Shown in pieces: positions 1 to 9,900 of a stretch of 64,000 bases of DNA. Source of the DNA: a virus (lineage: Duplodnaviria > Caudoviricetes). A program made the position numbers and the translations under genes. The stretch spans positions 1 through 64,000 of the IMG/VR virus record IMGVR_UViG_3300023170_000014; one strand, 5' to 3'. The notes beneath the pieces were generated by a model. That model was not told the DNA's origin. It made no database searches and saw only the letters and a list, made by a program, of their open reading frames with translations. How positions within the stretch are numbered: the first letter of the stretch is position 1; every line of letters begins with the position of its first letter.

Positions 1-151
1 AATATGACATTGATTATATATATATGTTATAAATATATAATAGGAAAGGAATATAAGAATGATTATGGGAATAGCATTAGGTATATGGATATGTGCTATG
101 CTTATATCCTGTTGGGTATTATTCAATGTAATGGGTAAATAGGAGGAATAT

Positions 152-466
152 ATGGACTACAAGGAGTTGGTATCACTTCGTAGCCAAAATAGTATTCAAA
201 TGCCTGCTAAGGTCGAATTGGAGAAAAAGGCTAATTCGCCTGCTGAGGATGAGGATTGGCATAGTGAATATTGGAATTCCATCATGGGACTTCTCTATAT
301 GGGTGGCTATCTGTTTGTATGGGGATTGGTCTTTGCCATTGTTTTGGCTGGGGGATTCATGATTGTTGGTGCTATACTCATGTGGGCTGTAGCGTTCCTC
401 ATGATGGTGACGTATCCCATCTGGGTCTTTTTTGCTTGGCTGGGATCGCTATTTAGTAGAAAATGA
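152..466 (+). CDS. hypothetical membrane protein
   Basis: AGGAGG RBS 6 nt upstream; long hydrophobic C-terminal half. Confidence 0.7.
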   Translation: MDYKELVSLRSQNSIQMPAKVELEKKANSPAEDEDWHSEYWNSIMGLLYMGGYLFVWGLVFAIVLAGGFMIVGAILMWAVAFLMMVTYPIWVFFAWLGSLFSRK

Positions 467-492
467 GTTTTCTCTATACTGTCATCATCTGT

Positions 493-503
493 TATGCTAT
501 AAT
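493..503 (+). promoter_or_regulatory. extended -10 promoter element (TGCTATAAT)
   Basis: TATGCTATAAT upstream of the ORF at 543; similar TGnTAnnnT elements at ~2420, ~18442, ~54802 (+) and ~59331, ~60265, ~60440, ~62926 (-). Confidence 0.55.
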
Positions 504-542
504 AATAGCAGTGATATTATTTCTAAAATGAAAGGATTAAAT

Positions 543-737
543 ATGGCAGATTATCGTGCAGTGGCAGATATTGTTCTGTCGGTCAATGTAAGCGCAGAAG
601 GTGTATCAGATGATCCCTCTGCAATTGACGCTGCAAAGCAGGATCTTATCAATAAGGTTGCTTCCGGTGAAATTAATCTTAATGATGCTGCTTATATTCA
701 AGATATTCAAATCTATAATCTTAAGAGAATTGCATAA
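543..737 (+). CDS. hypothetical protein (start moved to ATG 543)
   Basis: AAAGGA RBS before ATG 543; stop overlaps next start. Confidence 0.65.
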   Translation: MADYRAVADIVLSVNVSAEGVSDDPSAIDAAKQDLINKVASGEINLNDAAYIQDIQIYNLKRIA

Positions 738-1135
738 TGGAAGATTATATTCCTCCGTACACTTCTCCTGTTGAAACTAAAAATATGACTAAGTATTATG
801 ATAAGATGTTTAGCAATACAGACGCCGTTCTTAATGATCGAAACAAGGGCGACGACGAGTATTGGGATGAATTTATTAATACTGTAAAAGATGAGAGGAC
901 AGATAAGATTATGGAAGCAAAGGAAAGCAATCCAGCAGATTATACTATTAGCGTCAGTAATAGTGATGGTCGCGTCAATATCAATATGTGTCGCCATGAT
1001 GCTCTTCTGCTAATGGAGGAAATTGGGAGAGATGAAGTGAATGTCTACAACACTGTCTCTGGCTCCGTGAGAAGGATTCTACGGGATTTCTTTATCAATA
1101 ATGAGGATGTTATCGTAGAGGGCTATCCTTTTTAA
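737..1135 (+). CDS. hypothetical protein
   Basis: 132 aa ORF coupled by TAATG overlap. Confidence 0.7.
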   Translation: MEDYIPPYTSPVETKNMTKYYDKMFSNTDAVLNDRNKGDDEYWDEFINTVKDERTDKIMEAKESNPADYTISVSNSDGRVNINMCRHDALLLMEEIGRDEVNVYNTVSGSVRRILRDFFINNEDVIVEGYPF

Positions 1136-1139
1136 TTCT

Positions 1140-1352
1140 ATGGGCTTAAAATGGGTAGCATATTTTTTCTTAGTTAGTCCTTATCATATAAGTTTAGGAT
1201 TCCATATTGACTTGCGAACTCCTAATATAGAGATTCATGTGCCATTCGGGTTCATACGAATAGGCAAGGCATACGAGTCATTCCAGCCAAATGTCTATAT
1301 ATCAAAAATATATGGATATGATAGAGGTTGGAAGTGGGGAAAGAATCTATAA
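1140..1352 (+). CDS. hypothetical protein
   Basis: 70 aa ORF filling the operon gap. Confidence 0.45.
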   Translation: MGLKWVAYFFLVSPYHISLGFHIDLRTPNIEIHVPFGFIRIGKAYESFQPNVYISKIYGYDRGWKWGKNL

Positions 1353-1372
1353 TCCATGATCGTGCAATACTT

Positions 1373-1389
1373 TGTAACAAATTTGTAAC
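1373..1389 (+). promoter_or_regulatory. OmpR/PhoB-family response regulator box (TGTAAC-n5-TGTAAC = GTAAC-n6-GTAAC)
   Basis: perfect direct repeat with 11 bp period upstream of the Rpf-like gene; fits MtrA/GlnR GTnAC-n6-GTnAC and WalR TGTWAH-n5-TGTWAH consensus. Confidence 0.55.
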
Positions 1390-1454
1390 AAAAAGTATTT
1401 TTTGCGCGACTGCGGGCGGGGCGTATGCGGTAAACCGACGAAAGGAATGATGTT

Positions 1455-1940
1455 ATTGTTTCCAATCTAAGAACCAAATTTGCCGTTATTTCCATGATAC
1501 TAGTGGGATTAGTGGCATTCTCAGGGGGATTCGCTTCTCCCGCGACTGCGAAGCCATGCTTAAAGCACACTTCGGAGACAAAGGTAACTAAAAAGCAATG
1601 CCTTAAGGCTTATAAGAAGCAAAGGGCGAGGGATAATATGAAGTTTCCTCCCAATCCTACTAAGGCAGATGTTGCAAAGCGAGTTCCTGACTGGAAAGGG
1701 TTTGTCAGATTAGGAAGATGCGAACAGCCCGGATATTCCAAGTATAAGGATGGAGTAAATTGGTCACATTCTGGACCCACATGGGGCGGTGGTTTGGGCA
1801 TTTATAAATCCACATGGTATACTGCTCGTAGCCCATACAAACTGTGGAGTGGCGATAAGTGGGAAACTATCCTTGTAGGTGATGCGATTCGTGATAGATT
1901 CGGCATTACGGCATGGGGCGCACATCGTTGTTTCTATTAA
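1455..1940 (+). CDS. secreted Rpf-like (resuscitation-promoting factor) lytic transglycosylase
   Basis: signal peptide ending PATA; core RCEQ..NW..GGGLGIYKSTW..ETILVG..FGITAWG..C matches Rpf CES..NW..GGLQF..STW..EQI.VA..QG.GAWP.C; ATG at 1494, possible ATT start at 1455. Confidence 0.75.
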   Translation: MVSNLRTKFAVISMILVGLVAFSGGFASPATAKPCLKHTSETKVTKKQCLKAYKKQRARDNMKFPPNPTKADVAKRVPDWKGFVRLGRCEQPGYSKYKDGVNWSHSGPTWGGGLGIYKSTWYTARSPYKLWSGDKWETILVGDAIRDRFGITAWGAHRCFY

Positions 1941-1956
1941 AATAAGTTAGGATAAT

Positions 1957-2184
1957 ATGAAGATAGATGATATTATTGATTACTCAACTATGATTTCTAT
2001 AATGATTTGTTTAATTGGCTGGATAATACTTCTCGGATCATTGTTGGTGCTAATCATAAACGTTGAATTAGCAACAATTTTCTTTGTCATTGGAATGATT
2101 ATTATGGTAGTAGGATTTTTAATGACAATGCTAATTGAGCCAATATTTAGACTTGTTTATAGATATCTTCTATCAAAAGATTAA
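1957..2184 (+). CDS. small two-TM membrane protein
   Basis: two hydrophobic segments; AGGA RBS. Confidence 0.6.
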   Translation: MKIDDIIDYSTMISIMICLIGWIILLGSLLVLIINVELATIFFVIGMIIMVVGFLMTMLIEPIFRLVYRYLLSKD

Positions 2185-2187
2185 TAG

Positions 2188-2225
2188 AACCCTCTCTCCG
2201 TGACATAATATGGGGAGAGGGTTTT
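2188..2225 (+). terminator. hairpin/terminator overlapping the RBS of the holin-like gene
   Basis: AACCCTCTCTCC ... GGGGAGAGGGTT followed by TTATT. Confidence 0.6.
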
Positions 2226-2228
2226 ATT

Positions 2229-2408
2229 ATGAAGAAAAGAAACGGGCCAAGGACAACGGTAGGGGCAACTGCTGTCGGTGGAGCAATCGGAACCATTCTT
2301 ATTTGGATAATAACTCTTACAGGTGTATTTGTGCCCGATACTGTTGCTGCTGCTATTGCTACGTTATGTGCGGCTGTGTTTGGTTGGTTTTTCCCTAAGT
2401 TGGATTAA
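2229..2408 (+). CDS. holin-like two-TM protein (59 aa, not in ORF track)
   Basis: MKKRNGPRTTVGATAVGGAIGTILIWIITLTGVFVPDTVAAAIATLCAAVFGWFFPKLD: basic N-terminus, two TM helices joined by VP turn, GW near the end; GGAG-rich RBS. Confidence 0.6.
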   Translation: MKKRNGPRTTVGATAVGGAIGTILIWIITLTGVFVPDTVAAAIATLCAAVFGWFFPKLD

Positions 2409-2436
2409 TAAATAAAAGTATGGTAAAGTAGGATAT

Positions 2437-2739
2437 ATGAATATGTTTGAAATGAGTATTGAAGAGGTTTTGTATACATATTTAGTTGAAATACATATAA
2501 AGTCTGGAAGAGATGATTTAAGAATCCGGGCAAAATATGTAGAGGACGACGATTATGTGTGTATTTCTGAATCTAAACACAGAGTAAGTCCTGTTTATGT
2601 TCATGTTAATAACATAGACTTAGAACTAGATATTAAAGAAAATCTTAAAAATTTCCTTTTTGAATGGATTATTTCTGAAGAAGGAACTGATTTTATGAGA
2701 TTAGTGTTTGATAGTAAACCGCCAAAAGTTGGGAGATAA
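2437..2739 (+). CDS. hypothetical protein
   Basis: 100 aa ORF with AGGA RBS. Confidence 0.65.
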   Translation: MNMFEMSIEEVLYTYLVEIHIKSGRDDLRIRAKYVEDDDYVCISESKHRVSPVYVHVNNIDLELDIKENLKNFLFEWIISEEGTDFMRLVFDSKPPKVGR

Positions 2740-2740
2740 A

Positions 2741-3013
2741 GTGTCATCATTATTTAGCGGTTATACGATTTTTAATGATCCAGACGATGATAATGATATT
2801 TTCTTAGTTACGACTAAAGAAAGCATTGTATATGCTTCTTTTTCTGAGATAAAAGCACAAGAAGCAGCAGAAATACTTGATGTTCTTTTTGAAGAAATTA
2901 GAGATGACGAAGAACTTACAATTTATCAAATGGCTCTTGACGACTTCCTTTTGGTGGATGAAGAGTTAGATCAACTAGAAAAACTTATGGAAGAAGAGGA
3001 TGAAGATGATTGA
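2741..3013 (+). CDS. acidic hypothetical protein (GTG start 2741 preferred)
   Basis: GGGAGA RBS before GTG 2741; in frame with track ORF 2708..3013. Confidence 0.6.
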   Translation: MSSLFSGYTIFNDPDDDNDIFLVTTKESIVYASFSEIKAQEAAEILDVLFEEIRDDEELTIYQMALDDFLLVDEELDQLEKLMEEEDEDD

Positions 3014-3293
3014 AAATGATTTAGATGCAATTAGCGAAAAAATTCAAGCCATAACTCCTGCTTCTTGGAGCATAGATATTTCACAAGATGCACGATATCT
3101 GCTAGTATCTAGAAAAGATGAAAAAAATATGCGGCAATCTGATATTTTGTTTTTTGAAGATGCCGCTAAAGATGTTGCAAAGTTAGTTTATGAAATCCGA
3201 CGCCTTAAAGAGATTAATGTTGCCCTTAAGCGTCAAATTGTTAAAGATCTAGAAAATAAAAATAATATTGAAAAAGATTTAAGATTCCTATAG
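3000..3293 (+). CDS. hypothetical protein
   Basis: 97 aa ORF overlapping previous stop. Confidence 0.6.
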   Translation: MKMIENDLDAISEKIQAITPASWSIDISQDARYLLVSRKDEKNMRQSDILFFEDAAKDVAKLVYEIRRLKEINVALKRQIVKDLENKNNIEKDLRFL

Positions 3294-3302
3294 GATAGGT
3301 GT

Positions 3303-3752
3303 ATGCAAACATTTCTTCCACATTCCAATTTTTATGACACTGCTGCTGTACTTGACTGGCGTAGGCTAGGCAAGCAGCGTGTTGAAGCCAAGCAGATCCT
3401 TCTTACTATTGATCGCGGTGATGAGGCTAAGGGCTGGAAAAATCACCCTGCTGTTAATATGTGGCGCGGCTACGAGCCTGCTCTTGCTATGTATGGCGCT
3501 GCTATTTGTTCTGAGTGGATTCAGCGTGGCTATAATGATACGCAACTAGCATGGTTTCTTGAGCGTATGCCTGCTAATGAATATATCGTCCTCCCTCCGT
3601 GGCTAGGCGACGAGCGGCTTCACATTTCTCATCAATCTAATCTTATTCGTAAAGATCCAGATTATTACAGTCCACTATTTGAAGGAGTATCCGCCGATGT
3701 GCCATACTACTGGCCTGACCCCAGAACAGATAGAGTTCTACAGACAATATAA
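3303..3752 (+). CDS. MSMEG_6728-family / pyrimidine dimer DNA glycosylase (endonuclease V-like)
   Basis: MQTFLP..LDWRRLGKQRVEAKQ..GWKNHPAVNMWRGYE..PPWLGD..HISHQSNLIRKDP..Y..PYYWP signature. Confidence 0.85.
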   Translation: MQTFLPHSNFYDTAAVLDWRRLGKQRVEAKQILLTIDRGDEAKGWKNHPAVNMWRGYEPALAMYGAAICSEWIQRGYNDTQLAWFLERMPANEYIVLPPWLGDERLHISHQSNLIRKDPDYYSPLFEGVSADVPYYWPDPRTDRVLQTI

Positions 3753-3900
3753 TGAATATGTACTTACTGTAGATCCTCAAGAACCAGATATTGAAAAAAG
3801 AAATAGAGCGATTCATCCACCACCCGATTGGTGGGTTAGAGCATGTTCTAAAAATCCCGGTAAAAAGCCAGAAGATGTATAATTTCTCACTTATTTGCTT

Positions 3901-3941
3901 AAACCCTCAGACCCTTAATAAATAGGATTTGGGGGTTTTTT
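3901..3941 (+). terminator. hairpin/terminator directly before the 3236 aa ORF
   Basis: AAACCCTCAGACCC ... GGATTTGGGGGTTT followed by T run; ATG at 3942. Confidence 0.6.
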
Positions 3942-6900
3942 ATGGACCAAGAAGTTTATGATGTTGTTGAACGAATAAAAAATGAATTTAGTATAGATCT
4001 AGAGTCTTTAGTATCCGACTATGTTGGAAACTTTAACCCATCAATTAGAGAACCTGAAATTTGGAAATTTTTTAAATATTTTTTAAATTTTCCAGAAAAA
4101 GATGACCCCGAGTACGAAACTAAATTTTTAATTTCTTATAGAGAAATGATGAATTTTGATTATAATGCAATGACTTCTGATTTCCACGATTTAGTAGACA
4201 ATTGGGTTGAACAAAATTTAGGCCATTTTGAAGATAGTTTTTACAAAATTTATGATGAATATTCAAATATTAAACATATTGTAAGTTCAGAAGAAATTAA
4301 AAAATACCCTTCTGAAATTGATAATGCCATACAAGACTTAGTAACAAAATTCTGGGCAATTAAAGCAAAAAAAATGCTTGTTGATAAAGCAGATGAATTG
4401 TTTGAATATATCTTAACTCCAGAATATGTTAGCCAAAAATTAAAAGATGAATATAAAAAACATCATCTTGAAAAAGATAGAAATGTTCATCCAGATCAAG
4501 AGATGTTAGATATATATAATTTAAATAAATCAAACAAGTTAAGCGGTCATTTAGACCCAATTGCGTATATTACAAATGGCGGCGAATATCTTTGCCCTTC
4601 TTGTGCTGAAAAAGCGTATGGCTTAGATGAATCTGGTCGTTGGCCTCAACAACAACCAGATGGCTCTCCTAACCCAATTGCTCCGTGGGATGAATGGTAC
4701 AACTATCATGAAGATGATGCTCCATATCAAATGCTCACTTGTGTAGATTGTGGGGAAACAGTAGACGATTTCCTAAACGAATCTTCAGTTGATTGGGAAG
4801 ATGAATTTGGTGGGCTTGATGAAACTGAAATTGAGGCTAAAAAGAAATCTTACCGACAGGCTCAAAAAGATTTCTATAACCGCTGGACTCAAGAGAAACA
4901 CAATCAACAAAGACAACAAGAAATAAAAGATAAATGGGAACCGGCTAGTTGGTGGAAGGGGTCAAGTTCAGACACAGACCCATTAATAATTGCTGAAAAA
5001 TTTGCAGCAGCCTTTTTTAGAATCTCTTTAAGTGATTTTATTAATGAATATTATCAAAAGTCTTTTTTACGATATCACTCAGATGAAGCCGCAGCAGAAG
5101 AAACATTAAAATTTTTAGGATATGGAAACCCAGAATGGTTTAAACCATTTGACGACTTTATTAAATGGCATATAAACAATTTTGGAAATAAAAATATACC
5201 AAAAAATTCTCTTTTGAAATTTAAAAAAGATGCTTACGAAATAATCATAAATAAATTTCAAAGCATAATAGAAAATTACAGAATAAATATAAAAAAAAGA
5301 TTAAATAATTCAAATAAAAATATTTCTATTTCGCCTGAAGATATGAGTTCTGAAGAATATGATATACAAAATAATAAAAAACGTCAAAAAAATATTCAAG
5401 ACAAATGGGAGCCGCAAAGTTGGTGGAAAGGTTCTGCTCGCAACCCAGACATTCAAGAAAGAATCTGGTCTGAAACTTACGATGATGATGACGATTACGA
5501 CAGATTTTTTAATATAATGGAAAACGGCCAGTCGTTTGATTATTTTGTTCAAGAAATAAATAAAGTTATTGATCGTATGAACGAAGAAGAAAATGATGCT
5601 GTCAATTTAATTGAACGCAAAGATGTTGATTATCAAGAACTTTGGGATCAATGGGGATTCGAATACCAATCTGAGCAGCCAGAACCAGATGATATGGGTT
5701 ATATTCCTTCTAATCTCTATGACTTATATAACCCACTCCCAGAAAATATGGAAACTAATCTGGGGCCAGAGGCAACAGATAAGAACGAAGCCAGAAAGCA
5801 CCGTAAAAGAATTATTGACAAATGGGAACCAGCCGACTGGTGGAAGGGTTCTAAACGGAAAAGGGTTATTGCAGCCACCCCTGAATTAATTCAAGAGATG
5901 AAAGATAAGTTCTATGATCTTGAACAAGTTATAGTTGAAAGTTATGTGCAGCAGAAAAACAAAAGCATAACTGTTAACCCTACCAATCTACGGTACTGGG
6001 AAAAGGCCGATATTATTAGTGATTTGGTGACAGATAAAAGACTTCTTTCTAACGATCTTTTTTATCTTGAAGACGAAGTACATAATTTTGCCGATAGTTT
6101 TGTTAAACGATATAATATTAAAGATGAACAAGTAGTAAAAGAAAAGTTTATTGAAGCCGTCGAAGAAGAAATTTACGGAATTATTGATAGATATTCAAGG
6201 GATATCTATGATGCAATTTATGAAGATGCAAAAAGAGTGGGAAAAACAATTGCCTCCTACTTTATGGATTTTGACCCGGCTGAAGTAAAAAGTTGGCCGA
6301 TTGCGGCTAGACTGGACGAAATAAAAAATATCGAAGAAGGACATTCTAATCTTCTTGAATATGCAAATATGTGGGACTTTGATGAAGTTTATTCTTTTCA
6401 CAATGCCGCTGAAGTTCTTCAGGAAGCCAGTCTAAACAGCGGATACGATGATTGGAGCGAGGGGTTAGACGAAGGATTTCGGAGTAATATTAGTGTGCGA
6501 AAGATGGAAGACTCTTTGGGAGCAGACGCAAGACATTTGTATGAACCTGTTGACCCCTCACGAGAGCCGTACCTTGGCCCAGAAGAGACAGACGAAAATG
6601 AGGCCAAGAAACATCGCAGAGATATCGCTGACAAATGGAAGGTTGATTACGACCGATCAAAGGGAGACAGATTAAACTGGGCAACAGAAGAAGATTTCCC
6701 TAAAAAACCTTGGGACTTTACCTCTAAAACAAGTAGCCCTTTAGACTCACGCGACGAACACTACGTTATATTTAAAAATCAAGATGATTATGGGTCTGAC
6801 ATATGTAAAGATTGTGCCCAAAAGTATATGCAGTATCTAAAACCCGGAGATTATATTGACTTTGAAGGTGGTTCTTACCCCTCGTTATTTAAAGATGAAT

Positions 6901-9900
6901 ATCCCGATGAAGATGATTGGTGGAAGCAATGTGATGAATGTGGTAAAAATATAAACAAAAATTGGGAACCTACTGAAAAAGAAATTAAAAAAAGTTTACA
7001 TCCAATTCTTGATAGTATAAACGATCAACTTGCTAATCGCCAATATGATAAACAAGAATGGCTTTCATATTTTCCTTCCGCTATTCCTAAAATTCAAAAA
7101 GTTTTAAACGAATTAAAAAAATGGGTTGATAAATACCCAGAAGTTCAATTTATGGAAGATTGGTTTGGCAATAAAACAGATATCTTTGAATATTTTGAAA
7201 AAATTATAGAAACTGGTGCAAAAACTTCAGAAGAGTGGGATCGGCGTCAAGAAAAAGCCAACGAAGTACTTCATCAAGAAATTAACGAAGATGAACGTAA
7301 AAAGAAAACAGAAGAAGTAAAAGAAAAATGGGAACCCGAAGAATGGTGGAAAGGCTCTCATACTAAACAATCAAACGACAGAATAAATAATAATTTTTAT
7401 GATCCAGAAGAATATTTATTAGCAGAATATGCCAATCTTGCAGGAAAATCTCTTGGGTTAAATCCAAAAAATATAGCATACTGGGAAAGAGCGCAATTCC
7501 TTGGAATGTATGAAAGGCTAAAACAAAGCCTTATTGATGAAGCAGAAAGATATTTTTATAATACAGTCCCAGAAGAACTAAGAACTGAAGAAAACAGATG
7601 GGAATTTTTTGAGTATATTGAACAGTCTGTTCGGAATCTTGGAATAGAATATGCACAGATTATTGAAGAATCTGTTAATCAGGCAGGATATCAAGAGGGT
7701 AAATATTTTGCTGAATATGTAATGGATCTGTCTGAAAATTCTGTTAGGTACTGGTCTGTTAAAGATAGAATTGATTACTTAGAAAACCTTAAAGAAGGAA
7801 AGACTTCTTTAATAGAAGATCATATTTATGAATCTAATGCATACAATGAACTTCGTGCTGCAACAGGTTATATTGAAGAAGGAGAACCTAATCCCTATAT
7901 TCAAGATCCTTATTTTCTTATAGAAGAATTTTATCTTGACGTTGATGAAGGATTTTGGGAAAATATTGATGAAGAAAGGCTAAGAGCGGCATTCTCAGAG
8001 AGTGCAAATATCTCCGAATTATATAATCCTGTGCCAGAAAGTAGAGAACCCTATCTTGGCCCTGAAGCAACAGACGAAAATGAGGCTAAAAAACATCGCA
8101 GAAATATAGCCGATAAATGGAAAATCCAAACGGAACGCAAGCCGGGGCAAAAACTTGAGTGGGCTAGCGAAGACGACTTTCCTAAAAAAAGATGGGAGAG
8201 TAAGGTAGCATCTGATTACTCTACTCAAATTCAAAAAGAAATAGAAGAACTAGCAAAAGATGTTGCTCCATATCCCATAGATTATATGGATGCTTATAAA
8301 GATACCGCTTATTCTGATTTAGAATTTGTGCAAGACTCTACTTATAGAGATGCAATTTATGTTGCCGAAGATAGCATATCAGAAGCAATTTGGAGAGACA
8401 TTTATGATTATCTTGAAAGCCCTCAAAGCGGCGTTTCTCCAGAATTAAGAGAATTATATGATAATGATACAGATTTAATTTATGATATAGAAGATTTAGC
8501 AAGAGAGCATGTAGATTGGGAAGACACTAATAGATATTTTGCAAATCAGGCTATTGATGAAGTTAGAGGCGACATATTTCATTTTGTTAAAAAAATTCGC
8601 AATGATTTAACAAATTTAACAAATGATAAAATAATTTGGTTAGAAGAAGATATGCTTCTTGAAAGGTATCTTTCTTTCGAAATGAATAGTTTAGACTTTT
8701 TAGGATTCTTAGACGAAGCGCTTAATGGTTGGGATGATTTATCCGATCAACTTAACAAACTGATAAGTGTATATGAACCTATTAATAACTATGTGTATAA
8801 CGAGTTAAACAAATACGCTCAAGATTTATTAAATGATAGTAAAGTTTTAAGTTTATGGCCTACTGTAATAAACAACATTGAACGTTTTTATGACCCAGTA
8901 GACTCAGACGCCGAAGCCTATCTTGGTCCCAAAGAGACAGATGAGAACGAGGCTAAAAAGCATCGTAAGAAAATTAAAGATAAATGGAAGATTCAGACAT
9001 TGCGTGGATCTGATGAGCCTTTAAATTGGGCAACTGAAGAAGACTTTCCTAAAAAGCCTTGGGATTTTACTTCTAAATGGAAGATTGCAGGGGGATTTGA
9101 AGATTTATATACTCAATACTACAATCAATTAGAACAAAACGAAAATCAAACTAAGCAATTAATTGAAAAATATGCATTTGATGTTGTTTTAGAAGATCTT
9201 CCATCAATGGGAAGCGGTTTTACCGTTGAAAAATATCCAGATAGAATGGAAGTTGTTCCCAATCAATTAAAAATGGAACGGCTTCATGATTCGTGGATAG
9301 ACTTTACAAATCATCAAAAATTATTAGAATCACTATTCCCTGATTGGAAGAAAAGTTATTATTCTTTCAGCGAAACAAGAATTATAGCAATTGAAGAATT
9401 TATTAACAATAAAATGCCCGACTTGCTTCAAAAAATGGAAAGCATGTATAATTATATCTCTCAAGGGCGTTTAAGTGGAGAATCGGATGATGAGATTAGA
9501 GCAGGATATGAAAAACATTTTCAAACAAAAGTTTCTGCTATGCCCAATCAGTTCCTGCCTCGCCTTTATCATACAATGATAGAAAATCTTAAGAAAACTG
9601 CGACGTTTGATTGGGAATCTGAAGCAACTGTATTTGAAAAGGTTAAAGTTGCTTACGAAATATTATATAATTGGTATGATTATATTGATGAAATCAAAGA
9701 AGAAAGTGGTTACAATGGCCCAGCATATGATCTTGATTCATTTATCCAAGATGCATTTATTGATATTTTTACGCCAATATTTGAATCATTGATGTATATA
9801 GATGATGATGAAATACATAGTCAGTTTGAAATAATGCATAATAATGTTCGTCAAACTGCATTTGGCGGTCCTTATGCTATTAATAACGCTTTGTACGAAG

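Noticed and set aside
1390-1450. c-di-AMP (ydaO) riboswitch upstream of the Rpf-like gene
   Set aside because: Region too short and the conserved riboswitch segments are not recognisable
2210-2398. Cys-rich 62 aa ORF in the track (possible metallothionein-like peptide)
   Set aside because: Off-frame reading of GCT/GTT codons of the holin-like ORF 2229..2408, which has the RBS
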